A DNA stretch of 64,000 nt from Escherichia coli (lineage in GTDB: Bacteria > Pseudomonadota > Gammaproteobacteria > Enterobacterales > Enterobacteriaceae). A program made the position numbers and the translations under genes. Positions within the stretch are counted from its first letter, which is position 1; each line of letters opens with the position of its first letter. Location of the stretch: the NCBI RefSeq assembly GCF_016026235.1, contig NZ_CP065613.1; one strand, 5' to 3'. Positions 1 through 14,454 of the stretch are shown here, one piece after another. Under the pieces are notes generated by a model. That model did not search any database. It was not told the DNA's origin and saw only the letters and a program-made list of their open reading frames with translations.

Positions 1-1
1 G

Positions 2-292
2 CGTCAGCAAAAAGGCTTTGGCGCAATGTTGAGTTTTGAACTGGATGGCGATGAGCAGACGCTGCGTCGTTTCCTGGGCGGGCTGTCGTTGTTTACGCTG
101 GCGGAATCATTAGGGGGAGTGGAAAGTTTAATCTCTCACGCCGCAACCATGACACATGCAGGCATGGCACCAGAAGCGCGTGCTGCCGCCGGGATTTCCG
201 AGACGCTGCTGCGTATCTCCACCGGTATTGAAGATGGCGAAGATTTAATTGCCGACCTGGAAAATGGCTTCTGGGCTGCAAACAAGGGGTAA
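2..292 (+). CDS. metB: Cystathionine gamma-synthase, C-terminal fragment (5' end lies outside the window)
   Basis: ORF track 26..292; the reading frame is open to the window edge; C-terminal sequence and position immediately upstream of metL match my recall of K-12 metB. Confidence 0.8.
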   Translation, partial: RQQKGFGAMLSFELDGDEQTLRRFLGGLSLFTLAESLGGVESLISHAATMTHAGMAPEARAAAGISETLLRISTGIEDGEDLIADLENGFWAANKG

Positions 293-294
293 AA

Positions 295-2727
295 ATGAGT
301 GTGATTGCGCAGGCAGGGGCGAAAGGTCGTCAGCTGCATAAATTTGGTGGCAGTAGTCTGGCTGATGTGAAGTGTTATTTGCGTGTCGCGGGCATTATGG
401 CGGAGTACTCTCAGCCTGACGATATGATGGTGGTTTCTGCCGCCGGTAGCACCACTAACCAGTTGATTAACTGGTTGAAACTAAGCCAGACCGATCGTCT
501 CTCTGCGCATCAGGTTCAACAAACGCTGCGTCGCTATCAGTGCGATCTGATTAGCGGTCTGCTACCCGCTGAAGAAGCCGATAGCCTCATTAGCGCTTTT
601 GTCAGCGACCTTGAGCGCCTGGCGGCGCTGCTCGACAGCGGTATTAACGACGCAGTGTATGCGGAAGTGGTGGGCCACGGGGAAGTATGGTCGGCACGCC
701 TGATGTCTGCGGTACTTAATCAACAAGGGCTGCCAGCGGCCTGGCTTGATGCCCGCGAGTTTTTACGCGCTGAACGCGCCGCACAACCGCAGGTTGATGA
801 AGGGCTTTCTTACCCGTTGCTGCAACAGCTGCTGGTGCAACATCCGGGCAAACGTCTGGTGGTGACCGGATTTATCAGCCGCAACAACGCCGGTGAAACG
901 GTGCTGCTGGGGCGTAACGGTTCCGACTATTCCGCGACACAAATCGGTGCGCTGGCGGGTGTTTCTCGCGTAACCATCTGGAGCGACGTCGCCGGGGTAT
1001 ACAGTGCCGACCCGCGTAAAGTGAAAGATGCCTGCCTGCTGCCGTTGCTGCGTCTGGATGAGGCCAGCGAACTGGCGCGCCTGGCGGCTCCCGTTCTTCA
1101 CGCCCGTACTTTACAGCCGGTTTCTGGCAGCGAAATCGACCTGCAACTGCGCTGTAGCTACACGCCGGATCAAGGTTCCACGCGCATTGAACGCGTGCTG
1201 GCCTCCGGTACTGGTGCGCGTATTGTCACCAGCCACGATGATGTCTGTTTGATTGAGTTTCAGGTGCCCGCCAGTCAGGATTTCAAACTGGCGCATAAAG
1301 AGATCGACCAAATCCTGAAACGCGCGCAGGTACGCCCGCTGGCGGTTGGCGTACATAACGATCGCCAGTTGCTGCAATTTTGCTACACCTCAGAAGTGGC
1401 CGACAGTGCGCTGAAAATCCTCGACGAAGCGGGATTACCTGGCGAACTGCGCCTGCGTCAGGGGCTGGCGCTGGTGGCGATGGTCGGTGCAGGCGTCACC
1501 CGTAACCCGCTGCATTGCCACCGCTTCTGGCAGCAACTGAAAGGCCAGCCGGTCGAATTTACCTGGCAGTCCGATGACGGCATCAGCCTGGTGGCAGTAC
1601 TGCGCACCGGCCCGACCGAAAGCCTGATTCAGGGGCTGCATCAGTCCGTCTTCCGCGCAGAAAAACGCATCGGCCTGGTATTGTTCGGTAAGGGCAATAT
1701 CGGTTCCCGTTGGCTGGAACTGTTCGCCCGTGAGCAGAGCACGCTTTCGGCACGTACCGGCTTTGAGTTTGTGCTGGCAGGTGTGGTGGACAGCCGCCGC
1801 AGCCTGTTGAGCTATGACGGGCTGGACGCCAGCCGCGCGTTAGCCTTCTTCAACGATGAAGCGGTTGAGCAGGATGAAGAGTCGTTGTTCCTGTGGATGC
1901 GCGCCCATCCGTATGATGATTTAGTGGTGCTGGACGTTACCGCCAGCCAGCAGCTTGCTGATCAGTATCTTGATTTCGCCAGCCACGGTTTCCACGTTAT
2001 CAGCGCCAACAAACTGGCGGGAGCCAGCGACAGCAATAAATATCGCCAGATCCACGACGCCTTCGAAAAAACCGGGCGTCACTGGCTGTACAATGCCACC
2101 GTCGGTGCGGGCTTGCCGATCAACCACACCGTGCGCGATCTGATCGACAGCGGCGATACTATTTTGTCGATCAGCGGGATCTTCTCCGGCACGCTCTCCT
2201 GGCTGTTCCTGCAATTCGACGGTAGCGTGCCGTTTACCGAGCTGGTGGATCAGGCGTGGCAGCAGGGCTTAACCGAGCCTGATCCGCGTGACGACCTCTC
2301 CGGCAAAGACGTAATGCGCAAGCTGGTAATTCTGGCGCGTGAAGCGGGTTACAACATTGAACCGGACCAGGTACGTGTGGAATCGCTGGTGCCTGCTCAT
2401 TGCGAAGGCGGCAGCATCGACCATTTCTTTGAAAATGGCGATGAACTTAACGAGCAGATGGTGCAACGGCTGGAAGCGGCCCGCGAAATGGGGCTGGTGC
2501 TGCGCTACGTGGCGCGTTTCGATGCCAACGGCAAAGCGCGTGTGGGCGTGGAGGCGGTGCGTGAAGACCATCCGCTGGCATCACTGCTGCCGTGCGATAA
2601 CGTCTTTGCCATCGAAAGCCGCTGGTATCGCGACAACCCGCTGGTGATCCGTGGGCCTGGCGCGGGGCGCGACGTCACCGCCGGGGCGATTCAGTCGGAT
2701 ATCAACCGGCTGGCACAGTTGTTGTAA
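295..2727 (+). CDS. metL: Bifunctional aspartokinase II / homoserine dehydrogenase II
   Basis: 810 aa ORF, same length as K-12 MetL; starts 3 nt after the metB stop (metBL operon arrangement). Confidence 0.95.
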   Translation: MSVIAQAGAKGRQLHKFGGSSLADVKCYLRVAGIMAEYSQPDDMMVVSAAGSTTNQLINWLKLSQTDRLSAHQVQQTLRRYQCDLISGLLPAEEADSLISAFVSDLERLAALLDSGINDAVYAEVVGHGEVWSARLMSAVLNQQGLPAAWLDAREFLRAERAAQPQVDEGLSYPLLQQLLVQHPGKRLVVTGFISRNNAGETVLLGRNGSDYSATQIGALAGVSRVTIWSDVAGVYSADPRKVKDACLLPLLRLDEASELARLAAPVLHARTLQPVSGSEIDLQLRCSYTPDQGSTRIERVLASGTGARIVTSHDDVCLIEFQVPASQDFKLAHKEIDQILKRAQVRPLAVGVHNDRQLLQFCYTSEVADSALKILDEAGLPGELRLRQGLALVAMVGAGVTRNPLHCHRFWQQLKGQPVEFTWQSDDGISLVAVLRTGPTESLIQGLHQSVFRAEKRIGLVLFGKGNIGSRWLELFAREQSTLSARTGFEFVLAGVVDSRRSLLSYDGLDASRALAFFNDEAVEQDEESLFLWMRAHPYDDLVVLDVTASQQLADQYLDFASHGFHVISANKLAGASDSNKYRQIHDAFEKTGRHWLYNATVGAGLPINHTVRDLIDSGDTILSISGIFSGTLSWLFLQFDGSVPFTELVDQAWQQGLTEPDPRDDLSGKDVMRKLVILAREAGYNIEPDQVRVESLVPAHCEGGSIDHFFENGDELNEQMVQRLEAAREMGLVLRYVARFDANGKARVGVEAVREDHPLASLLPCDNVFAIESRWYRDNPLVIRGPGAGRDVTAGAIQSDINRLAQLL

Positions 2728-3003
2728 TTTCAGAAATTTAATAATGCCCGGTACTCATGTTTTCGGGTTTATGGTTTCTAATGAAATATATTGAATTATC
2801 ATAGGATTAGGCCGGATTAAGCGTTTACGACGAATCCGGCAAGAAGCAATAAGTACATGGTTAGTTTATATTTGCAGTCCGGTTTGCTTTGCATACCGGA
2901 TTTTCTTTTTCTTACCATCCTGAAGTTTTTTCATCTTCCCTGATTTTTCCTCACCATCATTGGTCATTTTTCGGTTGACGCCCTTCGGCTTTTCCTTCAT
3001 CTT

Positions 3004-3040
3004 TACATCTGGACGTCTAAACGGATAGATGTGCACAACA
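3004..3040 (+). promoter_or_regulatory. Candidate MetJ operator (met boxes) upstream of metF
   Basis: Sequence acatctggacgtctaaacggatagatgtg contains AGACGTCT-like tandem 8-mers about 40-70 bp upstream of the metF start. Confidence 0.45.
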
Positions 3041-3072
3041 CAACATATAACTACAAGCGATTGATGAGGTAA

Positions 3073-3966
<894 letters not shown>

Positions 3967-4239
3967 ATAGTGTGGCTTTTGTGAAAATCACACAGTGATC
4001 ACAAATTTTAAACAGAGCACAAAATGCTGCCTCGAAATGAGGGCGGGAAAATAAGGTTATCAGCCTTGTTTTCTCCCTCATTACTTGAAGGATATGAACC
4101 TAAAACCCTTTTTTATAAAGCATTTGTCCGAATTCGGACATAATCAAAAAGCTTAATTACGATCAATTTGATCTACATCTCTTTAACCAACAATATGTAA
4201 GATCTCAACTATCGCATCCGTGGATTAATTCAATTATAA

Positions 4240-6474
<2,235 letters not shown>

Positions 6475-6483
6475 TCTGACCTT

Positions 6484-6526
6484 CTTCAGCGACTGCCTTT
6501 CAGGCAGTCGCTGAAGTTTCTTTACC
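6484..6526 (+). terminator. Rho-independent terminator after katG
   Basis: Perfect inverted repeat cagcgactgcc / ggcagtcgctg with a 4-nt loop followed by a T-rich run. Confidence 0.6.
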
Positions 6527-6567
6527 GGCGTATAGTGTCCACAGGAAAACTACACACTGGATCTCTC

Positions 6568-7473
6568 ATGTCTGCCGCAGGAAAGAGCAACCCACTGGCA
6601 ATCAGTGGCCTGGTTGTGCTCACACTTATCTGGAGTTATAGCTGGATTTTCATGAAGCAAGTCACCAGCTACATCGGTGCCTTCGACTTTACCGCCTTAC
6701 GCTGCATTTTCGGCGCTCTCGTTTTATTCATCGTCCTTTTATTACGTGGTCGCGGAATGCGCCCGACACCGTTTAAATACACCTTAGCCATTGCCCTGTT
6801 ACAAACCTGCGGGATGGTTGGCCTGGCGCAGTGGGCGCTGGTCAGCGGCGGAGCGGGGAAGGTGGCGATCCTAAGCTATACCATGCCGTTCTGGGTGGTG
6901 ATTTTCGCCGCGTTGTTTCTCGGTGAACGCCTGCGACGTGGGCAATATTTCGCGATACTGATTGCCGCTTTCGGCTTATTTTTGGTGTTGCAGCCGTGGC
7001 AACTCGATTTCTCTTCGATGAAAAGTGCCATGCTGGCAATCCTCTCCGGCGTCAGTTGGGGGGCGAGCGCGATTGTTGCTAAACGTCTGTATGCCCGTCA
7101 TCCGCGCGTGGATTTATTGTCGTTAACATCCTGGCAGATGCTCTATGCGGCGCTGGTGATGAGTGTGGTCGCTTTACTGGTGCCGCAACGTGAAATTGAC
7201 TGGCAGCCCACCGTGTTCTGGGCGCTGGCCTACAGTGCGATTCTGGCGACGGCACTGGCGTGGAGCTTATGGTTGTTTGTATTGAAAAACTTGCCTGCCA
7301 GTATTGCCAGCTTAAGCACACTGGCCGTTCCCGTTTGCGGCGTACTCTTTTCCTGGTGGCTGCTCGGCGAGAATCCGGGGGCCGTTGAAGGTAGCGGTAT
7401 TGTGCTGATTGTGATGGCACTGGCGCTGGTGAGCCGTAAGAAAAAAGAAGCCGTTAGTGTAAAAAGGATCTGA
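6568..7473 (+). CDS. yijE: EamA/DMT-family inner membrane transporter (cystine exporter YijE)
   Basis: ORF 6535..7473, trimmed to the ATG giving [11 protein letters not shown] and the 301 aa K-12 length; highly hydrophobic multi-TM protein. Confidence 0.85.
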   Translation: MSAAGKSNPLAISGLVVLTLIWSYSWIFMKQVTSYIGAFDFTALRCIFGALVLFIVLLLRGRGMRPTPFKYTLAIALLQTCGMVGLAQWALVSGGAGKVAILSYTMPFWVVIFAALFLGERLRRGQYFAILIAAFGLFLVLQPWQLDFSSMKSAMLAILSGVSWGASAIVAKRLYARHPRVDLLSLTSWQMLYAALVMSVVALLVPQREIDWQPTVFWALAYSAILATALAWSLWLFVLKNLPASIASLSTLAVPVCGVLFSWWLLGENPGAVEGSGIVLIVMALALVSRKKKEAVSVKRI

Positions 7474-7499
7474 ATTTTTTCTTCATGTGGGGCGATCGC

Positions 7500-8117
7500 T
7501 TATTTAACAAAATAACGATAATGCCCCACCATCCGCCAGCTAAACAGCACATCTTCTTCCTGCGCACCTGCGCCAATGTTATGTATCACCAGCGGCGTAC
7601 CGTCGCGGGCGAAGCCATCTGAAACCACCCCAATATGTGCCAGCCCGTTATCTAATCGCCAGGAGACAATATCGCCCGCTTGATAGTCACTGGGGTTCTT
7701 GCTGATGGGGCGTGTTTTATCGTGGCGGGTAAACCAGGTTTCCAGATTAGGCACCCGACGGTGATCGATGTTGCTGTCCGGGCGCTTTAACTGCCATTTT
7801 TGCGGGTACTCGGCAAAATTCTTCGCCATATCTTCGTGCACCAGTTTCTGCAAATCGACCTTCTGGCTGCGCAATGCACGGATCACCACATCGGAACATA
7901 CCCCGCGTTCTTGCGGGACATCACCGCCAGGATAGGTAAGCTGCATATACGCCGGATCGTAAAATAGCGTGCTGCCGATTTGCTGTCTGGCACCGTCTGC
8001 GATGGCAAGGTTGGTATTGGCCTGGATTTGTACCACGGTTGGTGGAACGGCGGGAGATTTTAAGGAGTGGCTGGTAAATGCCGTTAGCAGGCTGAGCAGC
8101 GCCAGTGAAGCTTTCAT
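7500..8117 (-). CDS. yijF: DUF1287 family protein YijF
   Basis: 205 aa ORF with N-terminal signal-like sequence; same length and position as K-12 yijF. Confidence 0.85.
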   Translation of the reverse strand: MKASLALLSLLTAFTSHSLKSPAVPPTVVQIQANTNLAIADGARQQIGSTLFYDPAYMQLTYPGGDVPQERGVCSDVVIRALRSQKVDLQKLVHEDMAKNFAEYPQKWQLKRPDSNIDHRRVPNLETWFTRHDKTRPISKNPSDYQAGDIVSWRLDNGLAHIGVVSDGFARDGTPLVIHNIGAGAQEEDVLFSWRMVGHYRYFVK

Positions 8118-8247
8118 CTGGTTCGTCCGTGAAAATAAGAGTCACAGATTCGACCTTCCGGGCTAACGATTGTTCTGTGGAGAAAATGTCCAGAAGCGGA
8201 TAAAAAACTCCTGAACAACGTGGGAGTTTCAGATTACTGGCACAGAG

Positions 8248-8348
8248 TGCCGGATGCGGAGTGAACGCCTTATCCGGCCTACAAAAGCACGCAAATTCAA
8301 TATATTGCAGAGATTGCGTAGGCCTGATAAGCGTAGCGCATCAGGCAA
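8248..8348. repeat. REP (repetitive extragenic palindromic) elements
   Basis: gccggatgcgg...cgccttatccggcctac and gtaggcctgataagcgtagcgcatcaggc motifs, typical E. coli REP units, in the yijF-gldA intergenic region. Confidence 0.7.
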
Positions 8349-8391
8349 TTTTGCGTTCAAACTCCCGGACAAGCCGGGAGTTTGGAGTAGG

Positions 8392-9495
8392 TTATTCCCA
8401 CTCTTGCAGGAAACGCTGACCGTACTGGTCAGCTACCAGCAGTGCGGCGTAAACCTGATCTGGCGTCGCGCCGCCAGGCATGTTGTGGATGGTTTCACCT
8501 TCTGCACAAGATGCTTTTGCAACAATGCGCATTTTCGCCGGGACATCTTCTTTAATATCCAGTTGAGCGAGAGTTATTGGCAAACCTACCGCATGGCTAA
8601 GTGCAGCTACGGTTTCGATTTCCTCCACCGGCGCGTTTTCCAGTACCAGCTGCGTCAGCGTACCAAATGCCACTTTTTCACCGTGATAATAGTGATGCGC
8701 GTCCGGGATAGCGGTCAGGCCGTTATGCACCGCGTGAGCCGCCGCCAGCCCGCCGCTTTCAAAACCAACGCCGCTCAAATAGGTGTTCGCTTCAATCACG
8801 CGCTCCAGCGCCGGGGTTACTACATGCTGTTCGGCGGCAAGCATCGCTTTTTCGCCTTCTTCCAGCAGGGTGTTGTAGCACAGTTCAGCCAGTGCCAGCG
8901 CCGCCTGGGTGCACTTGCCGCCCGCCATGGTGGTCGCGCCGCTACGAGAGCAAGCACGCGCTTCAAACCAGGTTGCCAGCGCATCGCCGATACCCGCTGC
9001 TAACAGACGTGCAGGTGCGCCCGCGACGATTTTGGTGTCGACAATGACCATATTCGGGTTATTTGGCAACAGCAGATAGCGGTCAAACTCACCCTCATCG
9101 GTGTAGATAACAGACAATGCGCTGCACGGTGCATCGGTAGAGGCGATAGTCGGTGCGATCGCTACCGGAACACCCATGAAATGTGCCAGTGCTTTGGCAG
9201 TATCGAGGGTTTTTCCGCCACCGATACCGAGAATTGCGCCACACTGCGCAGTCTCCGCGATGCCACGCAGACGGTCGATCTCATTTTGCGAACATTCACC
9301 GCCAAACGGCGCAATTTCTACTACCAGTCCAGCATCTTTAAAGCTTTTCTCGACAGTGGATTGAGCAAAACCTAAAACAAATTTGTCACCTACCACTAAC
9401 CAGCGTTCTGCCAGCGGCTTCAGGTATTCGCCCAGACGATTAATCACATCAGCGCCCTGGATGTATTTACCCGGTGATTGAATAATGCGGTCCAT
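8392..9495 (-). CDS. gldA: Glycerol dehydrogenase
   Basis: ORF 8392..9534, trimmed to the ATG giving [11 protein letters not shown] and the 367 aa K-12 length; iron-containing alcohol dehydrogenase family. Confidence 0.92.
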   Translation of the reverse strand: MDRIIQSPGKYIQGADVINRLGEYLKPLAERWLVVGDKFVLGFAQSTVEKSFKDAGLVVEIAPFGGECSQNEIDRLRGIAETAQCGAILGIGGGKTLDTAKALAHFMGVPVAIAPTIASTDAPCSALSVIYTDEGEFDRYLLLPNNPNMVIVDTKIVAGAPARLLAAGIGDALATWFEARACSRSGATTMAGGKCTQAALALAELCYNTLLEEGEKAMLAAEQHVVTPALERVIEANTYLSGVGFESGGLAAAHAVHNGLTAIPDAHHYYHGEKVAFGTLTQLVLENAPVEEIETVAALSHAVGLPITLAQLDIKEDVPAKMRIVAKASCAEGETIHNMPGGATPDQVYAALLVADQYGQRFLQEWE

Positions 9496-9505
9496 AATTG
9501 CTCCT

Positions 9506-10168
9506 TTAGAGATGAGTAGTGCCAAATGCGGCATTCCAGTCGTGTTCGAACTTCTCTATAGCTGACTCTACCGCAGGGGTGTTGAGCATTTGTTGCGCTA
9601 CATCTAAGGGCAGGGTGATGGATTCACATCCTGCCAGTAAACAGTCCAGCGCCTGACGCGGCGTTTTAAAGCTGGCTGCCAGCACCATGCTTTCTGGCGC
9701 GTGCATTTCTAACAGCGCTTGCAGCTCCTGAACCGTACGAATGCCGTCTCCGCCCTGGGCATCTACGCGGTTAACATACGGAGCAACGTATTTTGCCCCT
9801 GCCAGCGCGGCCAGTAACCCTTGTGCAGCACTGTACACTGCGGTGCCAAGCGTAGTAATACCCTCTTTTTTCAGCATCTTAATGGCGGCCAGACCTTCGG
9901 AAGTCACCGGGATTTTCACCACAATGCCCAGAATGGCATCACGCAGACGCTTCGCTTCTTCCACCATCCCCTGCGCGTCGCGGCTCATAGTCTGAGCAAA
10001 CAGAATGCCCTCATCACCAATCGTTTTTTGCAGACGCGGCAGCACTTCCCAGATGGACTCCTTGCTGGCAGCGATAATGCTCGGGTTAGTTGTCACCCCG
10101 GCAATCGGGAATATGCGTGCCAGACGTTCGACTTCTGCGACGTTAGCGGTGTCCAGATACAGTTCCAT
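9506..10168 (-). CDS. fsaB: Fructose-6-phosphate aldolase 2
   Basis: 220 aa ORF ([12 protein letters not shown]...), transaldolase-like; sits between gldA and ptsA as in K-12. Confidence 0.92.
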   Translation of the reverse strand: MELYLDTANVAEVERLARIFPIAGVTTNPSIIAASKESIWEVLPRLQKTIGDEGILFAQTMSRDAQGMVEEAKRLRDAILGIVVKIPVTSEGLAAIKMLKKEGITTLGTAVYSAAQGLLAALAGAKYVAPYVNRVDAQGGDGIRTVQELQALLEMHAPESMVLAASFKTPRQALDCLLAGCESITLPLDVAQQMLNTPAVESAIEKFEHDWNAAFGTTHL

Positions 10169-10179
10169 GATGTTTCCTT

Positions 10180-12681
10180 TTACAGTTCCAGTTCATGTTG
10201 CAGCAGGCTGGCGATAGCGTCGGCAGAGGCGGCGTTAACCAGCGCGTTACGGAATTCTTCGTGCATGATGCGACGAGCGAGGCGCGAGAAAATGCGCATA
10301 TGCTGATCGCCCGCAGCGTGTTTGTTCAGGGTTAACATAATGATGAATTGCGCTTCATCATCGCCCCAGCGCACTGGCGCTTGCAGGCGCGCTACACTGA
10401 TGGTGGATTGCTCAATGTGTTCTGATTTGCTGTGTGGAATGGCAAAACTAAAGCCCAGACCGGTAGAGAAAACGGCCTCGCGCGCCCACAAGTCGGCTTC
10501 CAGTTTACGCGGATAGCGGCAGCGCCCTGCCAGCAGCAGGTTATCGGTCATGCCTTTGAGCACTTCTTCTTTGCTGCGCCAGTCGCTTTCCAGCGTGATG
10601 CACTCGGCGGTGACCAGTGGTGCGTCCTGTTGGGTCATGCGGAATTGCGCCAGCAGGTGTTCCACTTCCAGCGAAGTACGGCAGGCCATTGCCTGGTTGA
10701 GCAACTTGCGGCACTCACGGCTATCAAGTTGCGCCATCCGCGCTTTCGCCGCCGGAATTGATGGTGCGCTCATGCTGAGTTCATCCAGCCCTAAGCCGAC
10801 CAGCAACGGCAGCACGGAACCTTTCGCTCCCAGCTCACCGCACAGACCAATCCATTTGCCTTGGCGATGCACCGCTTGCACGGCGTAATCGAGCGCCCGC
10901 AAGAATGCCGGATTCAGGCTGTTGTAGTGACGAGTAACCTTAGCGTTATCGCGATCCACTGCCAGCAGATATTGCGTCAGGTCATTACTACCAATACTAA
11001 AGAAATCAATCTCTTCGCAGCATTGATCGATGATGAACATCACCGACGGCACTTCCAGCATGATGCCGAGCTGGATCTTCTCATCAAACGGAATGTGTTC
11101 GTTACGTAGTTGCTGTTTGGCTTCCGCCAGTTTTTCTTTCACCCATAAGATCTCTTCCATTGAAGAGATCATCGGGATCATGATTTTCAGGCTGCCGTGA
11201 GCGGAGGCACGGAGGATCGACCGTAGTTGTGTGGTAAATAACGACGCGTACTCTTCATAAATACGCACAGCGCGATAACCGAGGAACGGGTTAGCTTCTG
11301 CCGGAATGTTCAGATAATCAACGGGTTTGTCGCCGCCAATGTCCATAGTGCGCACAATAATGCTGCGTCCGTTGGCAGACTCCAGCGCCTGACAAAAAAT
11401 GTTGTACAGCTCGCTTTCGCCCGGTGCACTGGTGCGATCCATATAGAGCATTTCAGTGCGGAACAAACCAACGCCTTCCGCACCGTTGCCGAATGCGGCC
11501 TGCGCTTCCACGGAGTGAGCGATGTTAGCGGCAATTTCAATGCGGATACCGTCAGCGGTACGGGCTTGTTGGGTCAGCCAGACACGCTGTTGCTCACGCA
11601 GGGCGTCCTGTACGCGGGCTTCTTGCTGATAATAACGAGCTACGGCTTCTCCTGGCTCAACCACAATCGCCCCGGCGTTGCCGTCGATATAAATCGTTTG
11701 ATGCTGCCACGGAGTAAGGGCATCAATATCTACACCAACCAGTGTCGGAATGTTGAACGAACGGGCAAGAATTACGGTATGTGAGGTGGTGCCGCCACTT
11801 TTCAGTAACAGACCTTTGAGGTGATTTTTATCCAGTTCGAGGAACTGGCTGGGGGTTAGTTCATCAGCCATACAAATGGCGGGCTGCGTCAGTTTGCCCG
11901 GTGCCGGGAAGCGTTGCTCACCGTAGATTTGCTGAAGCAGCTGGAAGCAGACATCGCGTACGTCCAGGGCACGTTCTTGCAGGTAGCTGCTGCTGGAACG
12001 GGAAAACTCTTCACAAAAGTGATTCGCACTGGCGACAATCGCTTCGGCGCAGCTTAATCCGGCGCTGACGCCTGCCAGTAAATGTTCGTGCAGGGAAGTA
12101 TCGCCAGCCAGGGATCGGTGCGCTTCCAGAATCGCGCTGGTGGCACCGTCGCTATCCAGCAGACGAAACTCAATGTTTTTCAGTACCAGCGTCAGGCCGT
12201 TTTCCAGTGCGGATTGCTCGGCGTCAACGTCTTTGGCTGCGGGAAGATTACCCAGCGCATTGAGATCTAAAGAAGAGATCGGCGTCAGAATGCCACCTGC
12301 GCTACCGCTGCACACGGTGCGGGCGCGAATAATGCGCGGATTCAAATTAGTGAGTGAAACCGGTAGCGGCTCCAGTTCGTCAGATTTTACTTCCGCCAGC
12401 GGTGCGTCGCAGTGGGGAAATTCATCGCGCAGCCATTGGCTTAAACGCTGGTGCGCTTCCTGTTCGTCGGCCCCGGAAATCAGTAACTGGCAGTTATCGC
12501 CCGCCAGCGTGTCGGTGCCAATCAGCGCAAGGGCGCTTTTGGCGTTGCCCTTGCGGTCAGTGCGCAGGTTATGCCACTCAATTTGTGATGAAAAAGTATT
12601 ACACAGCGTTTCAACGTGGCTTGCCGGACGTGCATGTACGCCGTTAGGTAGCTCACAAATAAATTCCACAATCAGGGCCAT
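10180..12681 (-). CDS. ptsA: Multiphosphoryl transfer protein (PTS enzyme I / HPr / IIA fusion) of the frw system
   Basis: 833 aa ORF, same length as K-12 PtsA (FrwA); PEP-utilising enzyme domain. Confidence 0.92.
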   Translation of the reverse strand: MALIVEFICELPNGVHARPASHVETLCNTFSSQIEWHNLRTDRKGNAKSALALIGTDTLAGDNCQLLISGADEQEAHQRLSQWLRDEFPHCDAPLAEVKSDELEPLPVSLTNLNPRIIRARTVCSGSAGGILTPISSLDLNALGNLPAAKDVDAEQSALENGLTLVLKNIEFRLLDSDGATSAILEAHRSLAGDTSLHEHLLAGVSAGLSCAEAIVASANHFCEEFSRSSSSYLQERALDVRDVCFQLLQQIYGEQRFPAPGKLTQPAICMADELTPSQFLELDKNHLKGLLLKSGGTTSHTVILARSFNIPTLVGVDIDALTPWQHQTIYIDGNAGAIVVEPGEAVARYYQQEARVQDALREQQRVWLTQQARTADGIRIEIAANIAHSVEAQAAFGNGAEGVGLFRTEMLYMDRTSAPGESELYNIFCQALESANGRSIIVRTMDIGGDKPVDYLNIPAEANPFLGYRAVRIYEEYASLFTTQLRSILRASAHGSLKIMIPMISSMEEILWVKEKLAEAKQQLRNEHIPFDEKIQLGIMLEVPSVMFIIDQCCEEIDFFSIGSNDLTQYLLAVDRDNAKVTRHYNSLNPAFLRALDYAVQAVHRQGKWIGLCGELGAKGSVLPLLVGLGLDELSMSAPSIPAAKARMAQLDSRECRKLLNQAMACRTSLEVEHLLAQFRMTQQDAPLVTAECITLESDWRSKEEVLKGMTDNLLLAGRCRYPRKLEADLWAREAVFSTGLGFSFAIPHSKSEHIEQSTISVARLQAPVRWGDDEAQFIIMLTLNKHAAGDQHMRIFSRLARRIMHEEFRNALVNAASADAIASLLQHELEL

Positions 12682-12989
12682 TGCCTCTCTCCCGGTACGG
12701 TTTTCTGTTTACAGGATAAGAGCGCACGGCAACGGCCTGCCATGTGACAAATCTGCCAAAAGCTGGACAAATGTAATGTAACCGTCAATTTGCGACGCGT
12801 CTCACAAGACGCCGTTTTGCGGCATGCTTCCGGATTATCGCAAGTTATGAGGCGGATCGCATTTTTGTACTGATATTACAAAAGTCCAGTAAATGGCCTT
12901 TTTATCCACTGTTTGCTCCGCCTGCGATTGCCTATTGTTTCCTCCATCAAAAATATGGACATGGGCTTTCGCAAGCCCGGGAGCAGCTT

Positions 12990-14069
12990 ATGAATGAGTT
13001 GGTGCAGATCCTGAAAAATACCCGTCAGCATTTAATGACGGGCGTTTCACACATGATTCCCTTCGTGGTATCGGGCGGTATTTTGCTGGCGGTTTCCGTC
13101 ATGTTGTATGGCAAAGGCGCAGTGCCGGATGCCGTCGCCGATCCGAATCTGAAAAAACTGTTTGATATCGGCGTTGCAGGTTTGACGCTGATGGTGCCTT
13201 TCCTCGCCGCTTACATCGGTTACTCCATTGCAGAGCGTTCTGCGCTGGCCCCGTGCGCTATCGGTGCCTGGGTTGGTAACAGCTTTGGTGCGGGCTTCTT
13301 TGGTGCGCTGATCGCCGGGATTATTGGCGGCATCGTGGTGCATTACCTGAAGAAAATTCCGGTGCATAAAGTTCTGCGCTCGGTGATGCCTATCTTCATC
13401 ATTCCTATCATCGGCACACTGATTACCGCAGGCATCATGATGTGGGGCTTGGGCGAGCCTGTAGGGGCGTTGACCAACAGCCTGACTCAGTGGCTTCAGG
13501 GGATGCAGCAGGGCAGCATTGTTATGCTGGCGGTGATCATGGGTCTGATGCTGGCGTTCGATATGGGCGGTCCGGTTAACAAAGTGGCCTATGCCTTCAT
13601 GCTGATTTGCGTTGCTCAGGGTGTTTATACCGTGGTGGCCATTGCTGCCGTGGGTATTTGTATCCCGCCGCTGGGGATGGGGCTGGCGACGCTGATTGGT
13701 CGTAAAAATTTCTCCGCAGAAGAGCGCGAAACCGGTAAAGCGGCGCTGGTGATGGGGTGCGTTGGGGTTACTGAAGGGGCGATTCCTTTCGCCGCTGCCG
13801 ATCCGTTACGTGTAATTCCTTCCATCATGGTTGGTTCAGTTTGTGGTGCAGTAACTGCGGCGCTGGTCGGTGCGCAGTGCTATGCAGGCTGGGGTGGTCT
13901 GATTGTGCTGCCGGTGGTTGAAGGTAAGTTGGGTTATATCGCAGCAGTGGCTGTCGGGGCGGTTGTGACGGCAGTCTGCGTGAACGTGCTGAAAAGTCTG
14001 GCGCGTAAAAATGGGTCTTCGACTGATGAGAAGGAAGACGACCTGGATCTGGATTTTGAAATTAATTAA
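12990..14069 (+). CDS. frwC: PTS fructose-like permease IIC component
   Basis: 359 aa hydrophobic ORF, same length as K-12 FrwC; divergent from ptsA. Confidence 0.9.
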   Translation: MNELVQILKNTRQHLMTGVSHMIPFVVSGGILLAVSVMLYGKGAVPDAVADPNLKKLFDIGVAGLTLMVPFLAAYIGYSIAERSALAPCAIGAWVGNSFGAGFFGALIAGIIGGIVVHYLKKIPVHKVLRSVMPIFIIPIIGTLITAGIMMWGLGEPVGALTNSLTQWLQGMQQGSIVMLAVIMGLMLAFDMGGPVNKVAYAFMLICVAQGVYTVVAIAAVGICIPPLGMGLATLIGRKNFSAEERETGKAALVMGCVGVTEGAIPFAAADPLRVIPSIMVGSVCGAVTAALVGAQCYAGWGGLIVLPVVEGKLGYIAAVAVGAVVTAVCVNVLKSLARKNGSSTDEKEDDLDLDFEIN

Positions 14070-14083
14070 TTGAGGAACGAGCC

Positions 14084-14404
14084 ATGACGAAAATTATTGC
14101 AGTAACCGCATGTCCATCTGGTGTTGCCCATACCTATATGGCGGCAGAGGCGCTGGAAAGTGCCGCAAAAGCGAAAGGCTGGGAAGTGGAAGTAGAAACC
14201 CAGGGCTCGATTGGTCTGGAAAACGAACTGACTGCGGAAGATGTGGCGAGCGCCGATATGGTGATTCTGACCAAAGATATCGGCATCAAGTTTGAAGAGC
14301 GTTTTGCTGGCAAGACCATTGTGCGCGTCAACATCAGCGACGCGGTAAAACGCGCTGACGCCATTATGAGCAAAATTGAAGCTCACCTGGCGCAAACCGC
14401 TTAA
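14084..14404 (+). CDS. frwB: PTS fructose-like IIB component
   Basis: 106 aa ORF with the conserved VTACPSGVAHTYMAAE phosphocysteine motif. Confidence 0.9.
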   Translation: MTKIIAVTACPSGVAHTYMAAEALESAAKAKGWEVEVETQGSIGLENELTAEDVASADMVILTKDIGIKFEERFAGKTIVRVNISDAVKRADAIMSKIEAHLAQTA

Positions 14405-14454
14405 GTTCTTCTCCCGCTCGCAAGGGCGGGTTCGCTTTCCCACAGGAGTTCCTC

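Noticed and set aside
8254-9003. 249-aa plus-strand ORF overlapping gldA
   Set aside because: Entirely antisense to gldA and beginning inside the REP region; the product is Arg/Cys-rich and implausible
12140-12781. 213-aa plus-strand ORF overlapping the 5' end of ptsA
   Set aside because: Antisense to ptsA and runs into the ptsA-frwC promoter region; Ser/Ala/Arg-rich low-complexity translation
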